A stretch of 63,621 bases of DNA, filler included, from Octopus bimaculoides (GCF_001194135.2; 7 parts of 6 records of this genome joined end to end with filler, not necessarily neighbours in it); one strand, 5' to 3'. Positions 13,407-26,113 are shown, numbered from the whole stretch's first letter. Notes: generated from the letters alone by a model not told the origin. Made by a program: numbers and translations.

Positions 13407-13497
13407 AGACCGACGACAAATCGACGGTCTCAAGTCAGAACAAATCTACGGTCAGGACAAATCGACGACCTAAAGTCAGGACAAATCGACGGTCGTT
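13407..13497 (+). repeat. Four short direct repeats of ACAAATC(G/T)ACG
   Basis: Seen directly, spacing ~17-26 bp. Confidence 0.8.
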
Positions 13498-13567
13498 GAG
13501 CTTTTATTTCGTTTTTGCATCTGGTTTGCAAGATTCTTTATGTGAATTAGTAAATTTTGTTGCGTTT

Positions 13568-13774
13568 GGGGAGAGTCATATTGTCTTAATGCCTTATTAT
13601 CTAACATACTCACCGGTTCGATTTCCACTCGTTTATTATTTATGCATATTTTTTTCTTCCAAAATAGCAACGAAAATTTTGGAAGAAAAAAGAAATATAT
13701 AAATAATAAATGAGTGGAAATCGAATCGGTGAGAGTATTAGATAATAAGGAATTAAGACAATATGACTCTCCCC
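13568..13774. mobile_element. Palindromic MITE/foldback, 207 bp
   Basis: GGGGAGAGTCATATTGTCTTAAT... pairs with ...ATTAAGACAATATGACTCTCCCC; arms ~95-100 bp around a ~10-bp loop. Confidence 0.85.
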
Positions 13775-13786
13775 AGAAGTCATATT

Positions 13787-14170
13787 GGCGAGCTGGCAGA
13801 AACGTTAGTATGTCGGGCGAAATGCTTAGCGGTATTTCGTCTGCCGCTATGTTCTGAGTTCAAATTCCGCCGAGGTCGACTTTGCCATTCATCCTTTCGG
13901 GGTCGATTAAATAAGTACCAGTTACACACTGGGGTCGATATAATCGACTTAATCCATTTGTCTGTCTTTGTTTGTCCCCCTCTGTATGTAGCTCCTTGTG
14001 GGCAGTAAAGAAATAAGAAACGTTAGTATGCCGGGTGAAACGCTTAGGTCGACTTTGCTTTTCATCCGTTCGGGGTCGAAAAATTAAGTATGAGTTGCAC
14101 ACTGGGATCGATCTAATCAACTGGTCCACTCCCCAAAGATTTCGGGCCTTGTGCCTAGAGTAGAAAAGAT
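13787..14170 (+). mobile_element. SINE family A head-to-tail dimer (A1 13787-14017, A2 14018-14170)
   Basis: Head GGCGAGCTGGCAGAAACGTTAG and core GAGGTCGACTTTGCC..CCTTTCGGGGTCGA; the two monomers have different tails; flanking direct repeat TGACTCTCCCCAGA at 13764-13777 and 14171-14184. Confidence 0.9.
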
Positions 14171-14299
14171 TGACTCTCCCCAGATGCAACAAAAAAATGA
14201 GCTTTTATTTTTTAACTCTAAACGACGTATGCCTATATATATGAGTGAGTGAATGTGTGTGTGTGTGTGTGTACATGTGTGTGTAAGTGTGTGTGTGTG

Positions 14300-14640
14300 A
14301 CACTCCGTCGGTTACGACGACGAGGGTTCCAGTTGATCCGATCAACGAAACAGCCTACTCGTGAAATTAACATGCAAGTGGCTGAGAACTCCACAGCACG
14401 TGTATCCTTAACTTAGCTCTCGGAGAGATTCAGCGTGACACAGTGTGACAAGGCTGACCCTTTGAATTACAGGCACAACAGAAACAGGAAGTAAGAGTGA
14501 GAGAAAGTTGTGGTGAAAGAGTACAGCAGGGTTCGCCACCATCCCCTGCCGGAGCCTCGTGGAGCTTTAGGTGTTTTCACTCAATAAATACTCACAACGC
14601 CCGGTCTGAGAATCGAAACCGCGATCGTACGACCGCGAGT
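14300..14640 (-). mobile_element. SINE family C copy
   Basis: Reverse complement of the 11551-11848 family; head runs into the gap. Confidence 0.9.
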
Positions 14641-15009
14641 NNNNNNNNNNNNNNNNNNNNNNNNNNNNNNNNNNNNNNNNNNNNNNNNNNNNNNNNNNNN
14701 NNNNNNNNNNNNNNNNNNNNNNNNNNNNNNAAAGAGAGAGAGCTAAGTGTGTTTCGAAGGAATATAGTTATTTGGTAGGTTCAGGTGTACACAGTCACAT
14801 AGAATACTAAGTTTTGATTCGATGGAAATTTGGTTATACTGTTCTTATCATGCCTGGCTAAAATTTAGATGTACCCCTCGTTACTTTTTAGGCGGTCATG
14901 TCCAGAAAGTGAAAAGATAGATGGTGAACTAGTGAGGTTATCGATTGCGCGCGGATTTTTAAATACATTTTTATGTGTCTACATAAGACTCGTGTGTGTA
15001 CATGTTTGT

Positions 15010-15025
15010 GTGATACAGAGAGAGT

Positions 15026-15108
<83 letters not shown>

Positions 15109-15946
15109 AGAGAGAGAGAGAGGAAACTAATAAAGCAGAAGGGATGATAGACGGAGACCGAGAGACAAACACTACATACACAAATACACACATATACAGA
15201 TCCCAGCAAACGCGCGCGCTCACTTGTAACCAATGCTGTATTTGGTCAACATCTAATGAAGAATTTATTTTGCTTTACTATAAATTAGATGTTCAAACAG
15301 TTTAATAGCAACAGACATTATTTTTTTTTTATTCATTTAAATACTTACCATGTTTATAACTATATTTTCTTGACATACGAATGATTATAACTTGAGGGAG
15401 CAATATTTCGTTTTCATCATCTTTATTACTTAACGTCACATTCTTTACTTTCTCACTATTTATAATAAAATATATTATTGAATGTATTGCGAGTGAGGTA
15501 GATGTTTCTGGTTGGAACCCCCAGGTTTTCTCTCCTGAAATCGCCTGGTTAAGAGTTCATCCGGGTACAGGAATGCTGCCGGACACCTTGTAACTATGTT
15601 ATGCTACCAACCAGCATGTTACATTGGGTGTTTAAGAACTCAGAGGTGCATAAAACAACCCCACAAACATCAAAAACAAGCTGAAGATGACTGTCACTTC
15701 ACACTAGTCTTCAGATGTCTGGGTACGCCCCCTGGCGCACACATTCCCTAGCCTCTAATCACCGCGAAAGGTTGAAAGAGACTGAAGAGTTTTCAAACCA
15801 AATCTCCCGAAACAAAACATCAACGATATTGTGACGTCATAAACACAATATGGAAACAATTATATTACTTTGGATTAGACAGTAGATGCTTAAATTTCAT
15901 TCTCTGTCTTTCTGTCTGTCTTTCTGTCTGTCTTTCTGTCTGTCTT

Positions 15947-15979
<33 letters not shown>

Positions 15980-16167
15980 GTCTGTCTGTCTCTCTCCCTC
16001 TCTCTTACACACACACACAAGTGCACACACAAGTGCACACTCAAATGCACACACACACACATGCACATAGTCATATTCACACAGACACACGCGCACACAC
16101 ACATGAACACACGCTCAAATACAGTCACTCTTACATACATAGTCATATGGAAACGTGTGCGAATACA

Positions 16168-16218
<51 letters not shown>

Positions 16219-16270
16219 ATCTATCTATCTTATCTCTCTCTCTCTTTCTCTGTCTCTCTCTTTCTCTCTC

Positions 16271-16335
<65 letters not shown>

Positions 16336-16338
16336 ATT

Positions 16339-16391
<53 letters not shown>

Positions 16392-16441
16392 ATATATATA
16401 TANNNNNNNNNNCTATATATATATCTATATCTGTTTGTCTG

Positions 16442-16524
<83 letters not shown>

Positions 16525-17286
16525 GTCGGTCTGTGTGTTTGCCTGTCTGTGCTCTCTCTCTCTCTCTCTCGCTCTCTATCTACCTATTTGTCTATCTGTC
16601 TGTCCGTCTGCCTGCCTGCCGGTCTGTATGTCTCTCTGTCTGTCTGTTTGTCTGTCTGCCTGTCTCTCCCTCTCTCTTTCTGTATTCTCTGTCAGTCTAC
16701 CTGTACATATAAACACATCACAATGCACACACACACACACACACACATACACCCAAACCCTCGCGCGCGCGCACCCAACACACATATAGAGAAAGAAGGG
16801 AGTAGTAGTAGTGGTAGTTGTGGTGGGTAAAAATATGAAACAATAAAAGAAATAAAAAAAGAAAGAAGGAAACGAAAAGATAAAGAAGAAGAAGAAGAAG
16901 AAGAAGAAGAAGAAGAAGAAGAAGAAGAAGAAGAAGAAGAAGAAGAAGAAGAAGAAGAAGAAGAAGAAAGGATAAATGAGAGAAAAAGAAGAAAAAGGAA
17001 GGATGGACAAAGAAAAACAAAAAAAAAATCTGACGGAGAAGACAATGGGCAAAAGAATGTATAATCTATCGGAGCGAATGTTGAAAGTATGACGGTAAAA
17101 ATATTCGTCATAACAAAGATAAATATTTCTGGTGGATTAGTGAATTATTGAATGAAGCAGACGACAACGGTGACGACGACGGTGTAAATGAAAATAAGAA
17201 AGGTTTGCGTGGAGGGACCGTGGGATAGGAATTTCGAGATAGGATAAAGAGACCGTTGAAACAAAGGGTTAGGTATACTTGTTAAC

Positions 17287-17341
<55 letters not shown>

Positions 17342-17510
17342 TATTATTATAGGAAATAAGATTGTTGTAGGGCTAAAAAATGTAAGCTTCCGGTGAAGTC
17401 AACGAAAAGAAGGAGAATCTATGTGGACAAATAAACTCTTGACCTCCCTGAAATAGTTGCCAAATCTTCTCTTTAAGAGATAGATAGATAGATAGACAGA
17501 CAAACAGACG

Positions 17511-17552
<42 letters not shown>

Positions 17553-17580
17553 CAGACAGAAATAAAGAGAGAGAGAGAAG
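15010..17580. repeat. Microsatellite field: (GA)n, (TCTG)n, (CT)n, (CTAT)n, (GAA)n, (TTA)n, (GATA)n
   Basis: Seen directly; it accounts for the low-complexity ORFs between 14888 and 17584. Confidence 0.9.
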
Positions 17581-17845
17581 ACAAAAGGACATCAAAATGG
17601 TGAACCCTTTGTTAACATACACTGATTTCGGTTCGATTTATTTTGAAAATATTGAAAGATTTAGTAAAATAACTTCGTCATTATTAAGTTAGTTTATGGA
17701 CTAAAAATTAACCTTGTTTCAATTAATTTTGAAAATGTTGAAGGATTTAATCAAATAACTCTTCAAGAGACTGTGCTCTAGTATGGTCGCAGTCCAGTGA
17801 CTGAAGCAAATAAAAGAATAAAAGAATACAAGTGTGTAGAGTTGC

Positions 17846-18230
17846 TGGCATGGCTGCGTGGTTAAGAAGTTTCACTTTAAAACAACGTGGTCCCGGGTTC
17901 AGCTCCGTTGCCTGGCACCTTGGGCAAATCTTCTACCAAAGCCTGGACCAACCGTACCTTAAGAATTCGGTAGGCGGAAACTGTGAGGAAACCCGTCTTA
18001 TATGTGTGAGAGAGATAGAGAGTATTTCTGTGCACGCGTGTGTATTTGTCTTTGTGTTTGACAACCGATGATAGTTTGTTTACATTCCCGTAATTTAGCT
18101 GTTCTACGAAATGAACGATAAAATATCAGAGTTAAGAAGTAAGTACTGCGGTCGGTATGTTCTACTAAATCCTTCAAGGCAGTGCTCCAGCATGGCTGCA
18201 GTCCAATGGTTGAAAACAAGTAAAAGATAG
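17846..18230 (+). mobile_element. SINE family B (tRNA-like head, internal microsatellite, CAGCATGG..GCAGT tail)
   Basis: Homologous to 62636-63035 and 63440-63621. Confidence 0.8.
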
Positions 18231-18448
18231 AAACTGCAAGAATGGAGAAATGCATTTACATGTGTAGTCGTAAATCGGATACTGTTGCAGACTTGCCAAT
18301 CCTCAAAAGTCAAGTGTCGTAAGAATTCGAACATGGAGCTGGAAAAAGTAGTGAGATACCCTCAAATTTCCTAGCAGAGCTGGTTTTAGTGTAAACACAA
18401 TGGGGACTCAATGTCATGTGATACTTGCAGTAAACAATAAAATGTACT

Positions 18449-18652
18449 TCTTAGTCCTTTAGCATTTAATCCGGCCAAAATATTCTATGCACAAACTGAC
18501 TAGATCTGGCGTCTACCCAACAATGTGATTTTAAAAATAAACAATCTCATCGTCCAAATTTTGAAGTTATTAAATAACACATGATAAATTCAATACAATA
18601 TGAATAAATAGGCATTAAATTTGGCAGAGTAATCTGAATGCTAAAGGGTTAA
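18449..18652 (+). mobile_element. piggyBac-type MITE
   Basis: Ends CCTTTAGCATTTAA and ATGCTAAAGGG-TTAA; other copies at 20676-20882, 31268-31479 and 50115-50343. Confidence 0.8.
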
Positions 18653-18905
18653 GGATCTTTTATTAATATTTTACGTGTCCTTGGTGATATCACGGTGACG
18701 TTGTCGATCAAGCGCCGGAGTGGAAGTGGTGAGCGTCGCCTTTTACATCTTGATAGGAATAAATTTCTTTCCATCTGTTTTTGAAAGTATTCTTCTACGT
18801 TGCAACGCCAGGATAATTTATTTTGCTTTATAGAAAGCTGCTCTTTTCCCCTGCAATCGTTTTATCCATCACTACTGAAACAAACGCGTTTCTTGGTCGC
18901 CATAT

Positions 18906-19124
18906 TGCAATAAGATCGTTTGTTTATTTTAGCAGTCGTTAGCTTTTCAGTTTCTACCTTCTCTACCGCCAAGGAGTAGACTCTATGCCTAAAATTCCTA
19001 GAATGCACATATACGCCGTCCGCCGTAATCGCAGGTCGTGCGCGTCATAAAAATTTCCCAACTGCATGACGGAGTAAACCGTAGACGCCGCTACTCTGCC
19101 GCTACTCTGCCGCGTTCGGAGAGA
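18906..19124 (+). repeat. GC-rich segment with an inverted copy at 20923-21130
   Basis: Direct reverse-complement match; this copy has an internal 11-bp duplication (CTACTCTGCCG). Confidence 0.9.
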
Positions 19125-20675
19125 TCTATGAGTAGGTTAAAATTGCGCCTCGGGACTATGATAAATGTTTAGATGTTCTAAAAATTTTTTGGAGTTTGTC
19201 GCTGTATAAAGCGCAAGAAATTGCTTGTGAAAACATGAGAGCGTTAGATTATGAGTAAAGTCGTGAGATTTGACAATCCTACCGATGAAGCAATGTATCT
19301 GCTGAACTGCAATAAAATGTCTTAAGGCCAATTTTTCGTTTGTTATACAACTTTTGATGTTTTGTGGACATAATCTAATCGTAAAGTAATTCCTTACATA
19401 ACGTACATCCTAATGAAATATATATATAAAAAAAAAGTCTTATCGCCACTCCTGTTTTTTTCTGAACATACTTTGTATTCGGAATATTGATGGATAAGAT
19501 GTTTTGAAAAATGATTCGGCGTCTCTTCACAGACAGATCTTTAGAACCCCCGCAAAAATGCAGCACTTGGGAGTTATAAACAGTAGTTATATGCCGTGCC
19601 TTATATACTGCACCACTCAAATGTAAAAATAGATATATAGATATGTACATGTGTGTGTGCGAGAGTACACGCACACACACACACATACATACATACATAC
19701 ATACATACATGCGCATCATGTCTATGCATACGCCTAGACATGAAAATATATCCATAAAAACGCATCTATAAAACAAACATACAAATCTGCGCATACACTA
19801 ACACCAAATACTGCACAAACACACACATATACAAAAATACCTAGATGATGTTGATAAAAGTTCCAATGAAGGAGCCTTGACTCTATGTTAGAGTCCGGCT
19901 CTTTCCCTATTGACAAGAAATACAGAAATGAAACTGATTGATAACACACACACATACATAACGCACATATATACACCTGTGTACAGAGAGTGAGAGAGTA
20001 AGAAATTTAACAATAGTGATGGGCGATTATCATACATCAAATTTCTAAGTAAATTTCTTACATTTTATGTTCTCTTTGTAAGTTTGTGTTACTCGGCTTA
20101 TCTTGTTTAGATCGACATCAATTTCTCATTATGTAACAACCGAGAGGATTTTCGATTAAAATATCGATCTCAGTACATAGATGGTACTTATTTCATAGAC
20201 CACGGATTGTCATGGAAGAAAGTAACAGAATACTGCACGTTATTTCAATTTTCTGTTTTTTTAAATTTTTTTTAGAACTCAACTGAGTGAACTTTCCAAG
20301 TAACGGCATCCAAAATTGGAAAATCCAAGCTAACGCTACCTTTGAAAAGGAAATTACTGGCAAAGCGCTAATTTGCGAATGTCCAATGCTGGTTCCATTT
20401 GTCAAGGAAAAATAATGTGTCGACATGTGAAAAGCCAAGTAGTTGCATATTGCAAACGTTTCATTCATTGTCATATATATCATCACGATGTCTAAAGATA
20501 TTTGGAAGAAAGAAGGAAGACATTTAAAACATAGACTGCTTTTCCCGCGTCTGTCAGGTGAATACGCCTGAGCTGTTACACGATGGCGAAAATTATTTAA
20601 AATGTTAAACGGAAGACGAGAAAGGCAAGCTATTATAAAGATCTAGGTGAATTAAAACAATGCGGTGAAACGTTT

Positions 20676-20882
20676 AACCCATTAACTGCGATGCTTATTT
20701 ATTCGTATTACTTTGAATTAATCATGCATTGGCTTGTAAGGTTTGAAATTTCGATGGTATGACTGTTTATGTTTAGAATGACATTGTAGGATATTTATGA
20801 AAGTCCGGATCTCATCAGTTTGAATATAAAACAGGTAGAATATTTGGGCTTGATATTGCCGGTTTAAATGCTAAAGGGTCAA
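20676..20882 (-). mobile_element. piggyBac-type MITE copy
   Basis: TTAACCC...AAATGCTAAAGGG; homologous to 18449-18652. Confidence 0.75.
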
Positions 20883-20922
20883 GGATTTCCTATCGACTTG
20901 ACAATAGAGACATGAAAATAAA

Positions 20923-21130
20923 CCTCTCCGTACGCGGCAGAGTAGCGGCGTCTACGGTTTACTCCGCCATGCAGTTTGGTAATTTTTATGACGCGCACGA
21001 CCTGCGATTACGGCGGACGGCGTATATGTGCAAGCTAGGAATCTTAGGCATCGAGTCTACTCCTTGGCGGCAGAGAAGGTAGAAACTGCAAAGCTAACGA
21101 CTGCGAAAATAAACAAATGATCTTATTGCA
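20923..21130 (-). repeat. 208-bp inverted copy of 18906-19124 flanked by a 15-bp direct repeat
   Basis: AGACATGAAAATAAA at 20908-20922 and 21131-21145. Confidence 0.9.
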
Positions 21131-21983
21131 AGACATGAAAATAAATTTGGAAGCAAAATAATAAGTTTATTTCAAATATGGACGCATGTAAAGATATTGG
21201 GAGGTAGCTGGAAGGGAGATTTGAAATTTATTTTCATTTCNNNNNNNNNNNNNNNNNNNNNNNNNNNNNNNNNNNNNNNNNNNNNNNNNNNNNNNNNNNN
21301 NNNNNNNNNNNNNNNNNNNNNNNNNNNNNNNNNNNNNNNNNNNNNNNNNNNNNNNNNNNNNNNNNNNNNNNNNNNNNNNNNNNNNNNNNNNNNNNNNNNN
21401 NNNNNNNNNNNNNNNNNNNNNNNNNNNNNNNNNNNNNNNNNNNNNNNNNNNNNNNNNNNNNNNNNNNNNNNNNNNNNNNNNNNNNNNNNNNNNNNNNNNN
21501 NNNNNNNNNNNNNNNNNNNNNNNNNNNNNNNNNNNNNNNNNNNNNNNNNNNNNNNNNNNNNNNNNNNNNNNNNNNNNNNNNNNNNNNNNNNNNNNNNNNN
21601 NNNNNNNNNNNNNNNNNNNNNNNNNNNNNNNNNNNNNNNNNNNNNNNNNNNNNNNNNNNNNNNNNNNNNNNNNNNNNNNNNNNNNNNNNNNNNNNNNNNN
21701 NNNNNNNNNNNNNNNNNNNNNNNNNNNNNNNNNNNNNNNNNNNNNNNNNNNNNNNNNNNNNNNNNNNNNNNNNNNNNNNNNNNNNNNNNNNNNNNNNNNN
21801 NNNNNNNNNNNNNNNNNNNNNNNNNNNNNNNNNNNNNNNNNNNNNNNNNNNNNNNNNNNNNNNNNNNNNNNNNNNNNNNNNNNNNNNNNNNNNNNNNNNN
21901 NNNNNNNNNNNNNNNNNNNNNNNNNNNNNNNNNNNNNNNNNNNNNNNNNNNNNNNNNNNNNNNNNNNNNNNNNNNNNNNNNNN

Positions 21984-22026
<43 letters not shown>

Positions 22027-22184
22027 TACACACACACACACAAACGTACACGTATATATAGTGGACTCTCCTTGCTATAAACAACTGATGAGTGTTCTGC
22101 AATTTCTCGCTGCACAACCTGCACAGATGATCAAATGTATGTAACTTACATTATCTCACTCCTTCCTTTAAATCAACATTGCTT

Positions 22185-22505
22185 CTACAGGTGCACACTT
22201 GGGATTGCACTTGGAAAGTACCTCTCCGAGGCACCTGTTCAGGTAAGGTTGTTTATGTAAGACCAGCAGTCGCCCATGCATACCAGCCTACCCTCTCCAC
22301 GCCATTGATGTTATCCAAGGGAAAAGAAAAGGTTGATACAGATTGGCACCAGAGACTTTGAAACTCATTTCTACAGCTGAGGAAACTGGAGCAATGTGAA
22401 ATAAGGTGTCTCACTTTAGAACACAACACACAATCCAGTCCGGGAATCGAAAACATTACCATACGAGTGTAAGCCCGACAGTCTAACCACTGACCCATGC
22501 GCCAC
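22185..22505 (-). mobile_element. tRNA-derived SINE with a C-like head and a different tail
   Basis: Minus strand GGCGCATGGGTCAGTGGTTAGA..TTCGATTCCCGG..TTATTTCACATTGCTCCAGT matches the family C head/core, then diverges. Confidence 0.75.
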
Positions 22506-22824
22506 CATGCGCTTCCATACGTCTACGTGAAATTACCATTAGACACGTCATTTGATTAAAGTTCTATTCCTAATCTAGAAATAGCAAATGAAAAGAAGCA
22601 AAAATAGAGAGGATCCACTCACTATACCAACGGTAGTTGTTGCAAGCAAAGTTCAAGTCATGGTTTTTCTCAGATTAAATACGACATAATTATTTAGTTG
22701 CTATTTTTAACTACACTGTTCAATCTGTAATGCTTTCAGAATTCCATTTGGTATTTGCGGTGAAATTTAACTGCAAGAATCAATGTGTTTGCGTGCGTTC
22801 GTGCGAGTGTGTGTGTGAGTCGTT

Positions 22825-22875
<51 letters not shown>

Positions 22876-24289
22876 CATTAATTAATATGTACATATATGT
22901 ATGTATATTTATATATATATATGTGTATATATATATATATATATANNNNNNNNNNNNNNNNNNNNNNNNNNNNNNNNNNNNNNNNNNNNNNNNNNNNNNN
23001 NNNNNNNNNNNNNNNNNNNNNNNNNNNNNNNNNNNNNNNNNNNNNNNNNNNNNNNNNNNNNNNNNNNNNNNNNNNNNNNNNNNNNNNNNNNNNNNNNNNN
23101 NNNNNNNNNNNNNNNNNNNNNNNNNNNNNNNNNNNNNNNNNNNNNNNNNNNNNNNNNNNNNNNNNNNNNNNNNNNNNNNNNNNNNNNNNNNNNNNNNNNN
23201 NNNNNNNNNNNNNNNNNNNNNNNNNNNNNNNNNNNNNNNNNNNNNNNNNNNNNNNNNNNNNNNNNNNNNNNNNNNNNNNNNNNNNNNNNNNNNNNNNNNN
23301 NNNNNNNNNNNNNNNNNNNNNNNNNNNNNNNNNNNNNNNNNNNNNNNNNNNNNNNNNNNNNNNNNNNNNNNNNNNNNNNNNNNNNNNNNNNNNNNNNNNN
23401 NNNNNNNNNNNNNNNNNNNNNNNNNNNNNNNNNNNNNNNNNNNNNNNNNNNNNNNNNNNNNNNNNNNNNNNNNNNNNNNNNNNNNNNNNNNNNNNNNNNN
23501 NNNNNNNNNNNNNNNNNNNNNNNNNNNNNNNNNNNNNNNNNNNNNNNNNNNNNNNNNNNNNNNNNNNNNNNNNNNNNNNNNNNNNNNNNNNNNNNNNATA
23601 TATATATATATAATACGCTGTGTCATCGATATGTATTTAATACGTTTCATGTACTTGTATACACTTATTCTACTTTTAATTATTCTTATTCTAGTATTCC
23701 ACTATATTCCATTATTATCTTTTGTGTTCAACTTACTGAATGATATTCAACTTTAGCCTATTTGCTTATTACAATGAATGCATGAATTTCTTGTTTTAAG
23801 CAGAAGAAAAAACAGAATTTGAAATTACAGATTGAAAATTCAGAAGGCCAATGTATTGTTGGTGCGCCCTCATCTCTATACAAGAAATATTGTTCTTCAG
23901 GAACTTCCGTAGTGAATGCGAATAATAATGCTTATTATGTACGTTTGTAGCTAACGCACGGGATGTTTCAAATATGGTGTACATGCACGGCTTTTGCATT
24001 AACTAAACCTGCTGTCCCTTGAAAACCTTTAGAAATGTATATAACTTGTTTGTAAGATCATGAACTTGTGTATAAATATGCATATATTTTGGCAGTTTTT
24101 GAATGCATATACATGTACATTTGTGAAATTAGAATATTTTTAGGATAAAATAACAACGTACAATAACGAGTGAATCTTTTACAACGACATATTGTATATA
24201 TTGAAAGTAATACAACCTATATAATATCTGCCAATGCATGTAACTATCATTATTAGTTCAACGACGGCTGACGAGGTGAATATCACGAA

Positions 24290-24935
24290 ACTATATCGCT
24301 TATATATATATACATACATATACGTATATATATATAAAGGAGAAGAAAATGGATATAATAACAATGGGAAATTCGTTGTTTTCGCTGGTATGTCTTTAAT
24401 TAAATAGATAACAAGGAGGAGGAAGCATAGAGGAGAGAAGCATTTCCGATCGTTTCGATTTACTGAATGCGAATATAGAAAGGTGCATCGGTTAGGATGC
24501 GAAAGACAATTGATAGACATTTGATGGTAATGTAAGAAAATTGGTAATTCTTACATTAAATTTTTGTTCTTGCGCTGGTAAATTCGGTGGGTAGAGGCTT
24601 GCTTGTGGTAGATTGGTTAGTTTCGTTGGGTAATTAGGGTGGGTGAGTATTATTACTCAGCAAATTTACCAGCGCAAGAACAAAAAATTAATGTAAGAAT
24701 TACCAATTTGTTTACATTACCATCAAATGTCTATCAAATATCTTTCGCATCTTAACCGATGCACCTATCTATATTCGCATTCTGAAGAGATTTACTTAAA
24801 CCAGTAAATCGAAACGATCGTAAATGCTTCTCTCATCTCTGCTTCTTCCTCCCTGTTATCTATTTAATTAAAGACAAACCAGCGAAAACAGTGAGTTTCC
24901 CATTGTTATTATATACATTTTCCTCGATATAACCT
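24290..24935. mobile_element. Foldback element, ~240-bp inverted arms around an ~80-bp spacer
   Basis: 24344-24582 is the reverse complement of ~24663-24927; microsatellite in the left end; ~21-bp insertion in the right arm. Confidence 0.85.
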
Positions 24936-25004
24936 AAACTCCGGTTTTCCAACCGAACCACCTGCTAGTGTAAAACCTTATATATATATATATTTCTTTT
25001 TTTC

Positions 25005-25232
25005 TTCTTTTCTTGTTTCAGTCATTTTGACTGTGGCCGGGCTGAAGCACTGCCTTTAGTTGAGCAAATCGACCCCAGAACTTATTCTTTGTAAGCCTAG
25101 TACTTATTCCATCGGTCTCTTTTGCCGAACCGCGAAGTTACGGGGACGTAAACACACCAGCATCGGTTGTCAAGCAATGTTGGGTGTACAAACACAGACA
25201 CACAAACATACATACATACATACATACATACA

Positions 25233-25278
<46 letters not shown>

Positions 25279-25640
25279 CATATATACGACGGGCTTCTTT
25301 CAGTTTCCGTCTATCCACTAATAAGGCTTTGGTCGGCCCGAGACTATAGTAGAAGACACTTGCTCAAGGTGCCACGCAGTGGGACTGAACCCGGAAGCAT
25401 GTGGTTCGTAAGCAAGCTACTTACCACACAGCCGCTCTTATATATATATACTCTTTAATCTTTCACGTGTTTCAGTCATTTGACTGCGGCCATGCTGGAG
25501 CACTGCCTTTAGTCGAACAAATCGACCCCAGAACTTATTCTTTGTAAGCCTAGTACATATTCTATCGGTGTCTTTTGCCGAACCGCTAAGTTATGGGGAC
25601 ATAAACACACCAACATCGATTGTCAAGTGATGTTGGGGAA
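25005..25640 (-). mobile_element. Two tandem SINE family B copies (full ~25005-25435, partial ~25455-25640)
   Basis: Match to the 62636-63035 family. Confidence 0.9.
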
Positions 25641-25919
25641 ACAAACAAACATACAGACACACACACATACACACACACACACACACATATGTATGTATAT
25701 ATATATACATGTAAATATAAATACATACATATATATACATATACATATACATGTACACACATACACACACACACACACACACACATATGTATGTATATAT
25801 ATATACATGTAAATATAAANNNNNNNNNNNNNNNNNNNNNNNNNNNNNNNNNNNNNNNNNNNNTTAATTAATTAANNNNNNNNNNNNNNNNNNNNNNNNN
25901 NNNNNNNNNNNNNNNNNNN

Positions 25920-26113
25920 GGCCGTTTTCGTGCGGGTGACACGTAAAAGCACCCACTACACTCTCTGAGTGGTTGGCGTTAGGAAGGGCATCCAGCTGTA
26001 GAAACTCTGCCAAATTAGATTGGAGCCTGGTGTTGCCATCCGGTTTCACCAGTCCTCAGTCAAATCGTCCAACCCATGCTAGCATGGAAAGCGGACGTTA
26101 AACGATGATGATG
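25920..26113 (+). mobile_element. RTE-tailed non-autonomous retroelement (family D), 3' part
   Basis: GTTGGCGTTAGGAAGGGCATCCAGC...GCATGGAAAGCGGACGTTAAAC(GAT)n. Confidence 0.85.

Noticed and set aside
15886-16830. Long ORFs such as this 314-aa one, and all X-rich ORFs (21167-23756, 39503-40111, 44337-45007, 46775-48761, 56249-57463, 59266-60282)
   Set aside because: They are translations of microsatellites and N gaps.
20193-20486. 97-aa minus ORF, or a + strand exon after TTTTAG at 20276
   Set aside because: No recognisable domain and no consistent open splice frame.
18449-21130. One large element with long TIRs or a whole-block inverted duplication
   Set aside because: The order of MITE and GC segment is not mirrored, and the right GC copy has its own 15-bp TSD, so these are independent events.
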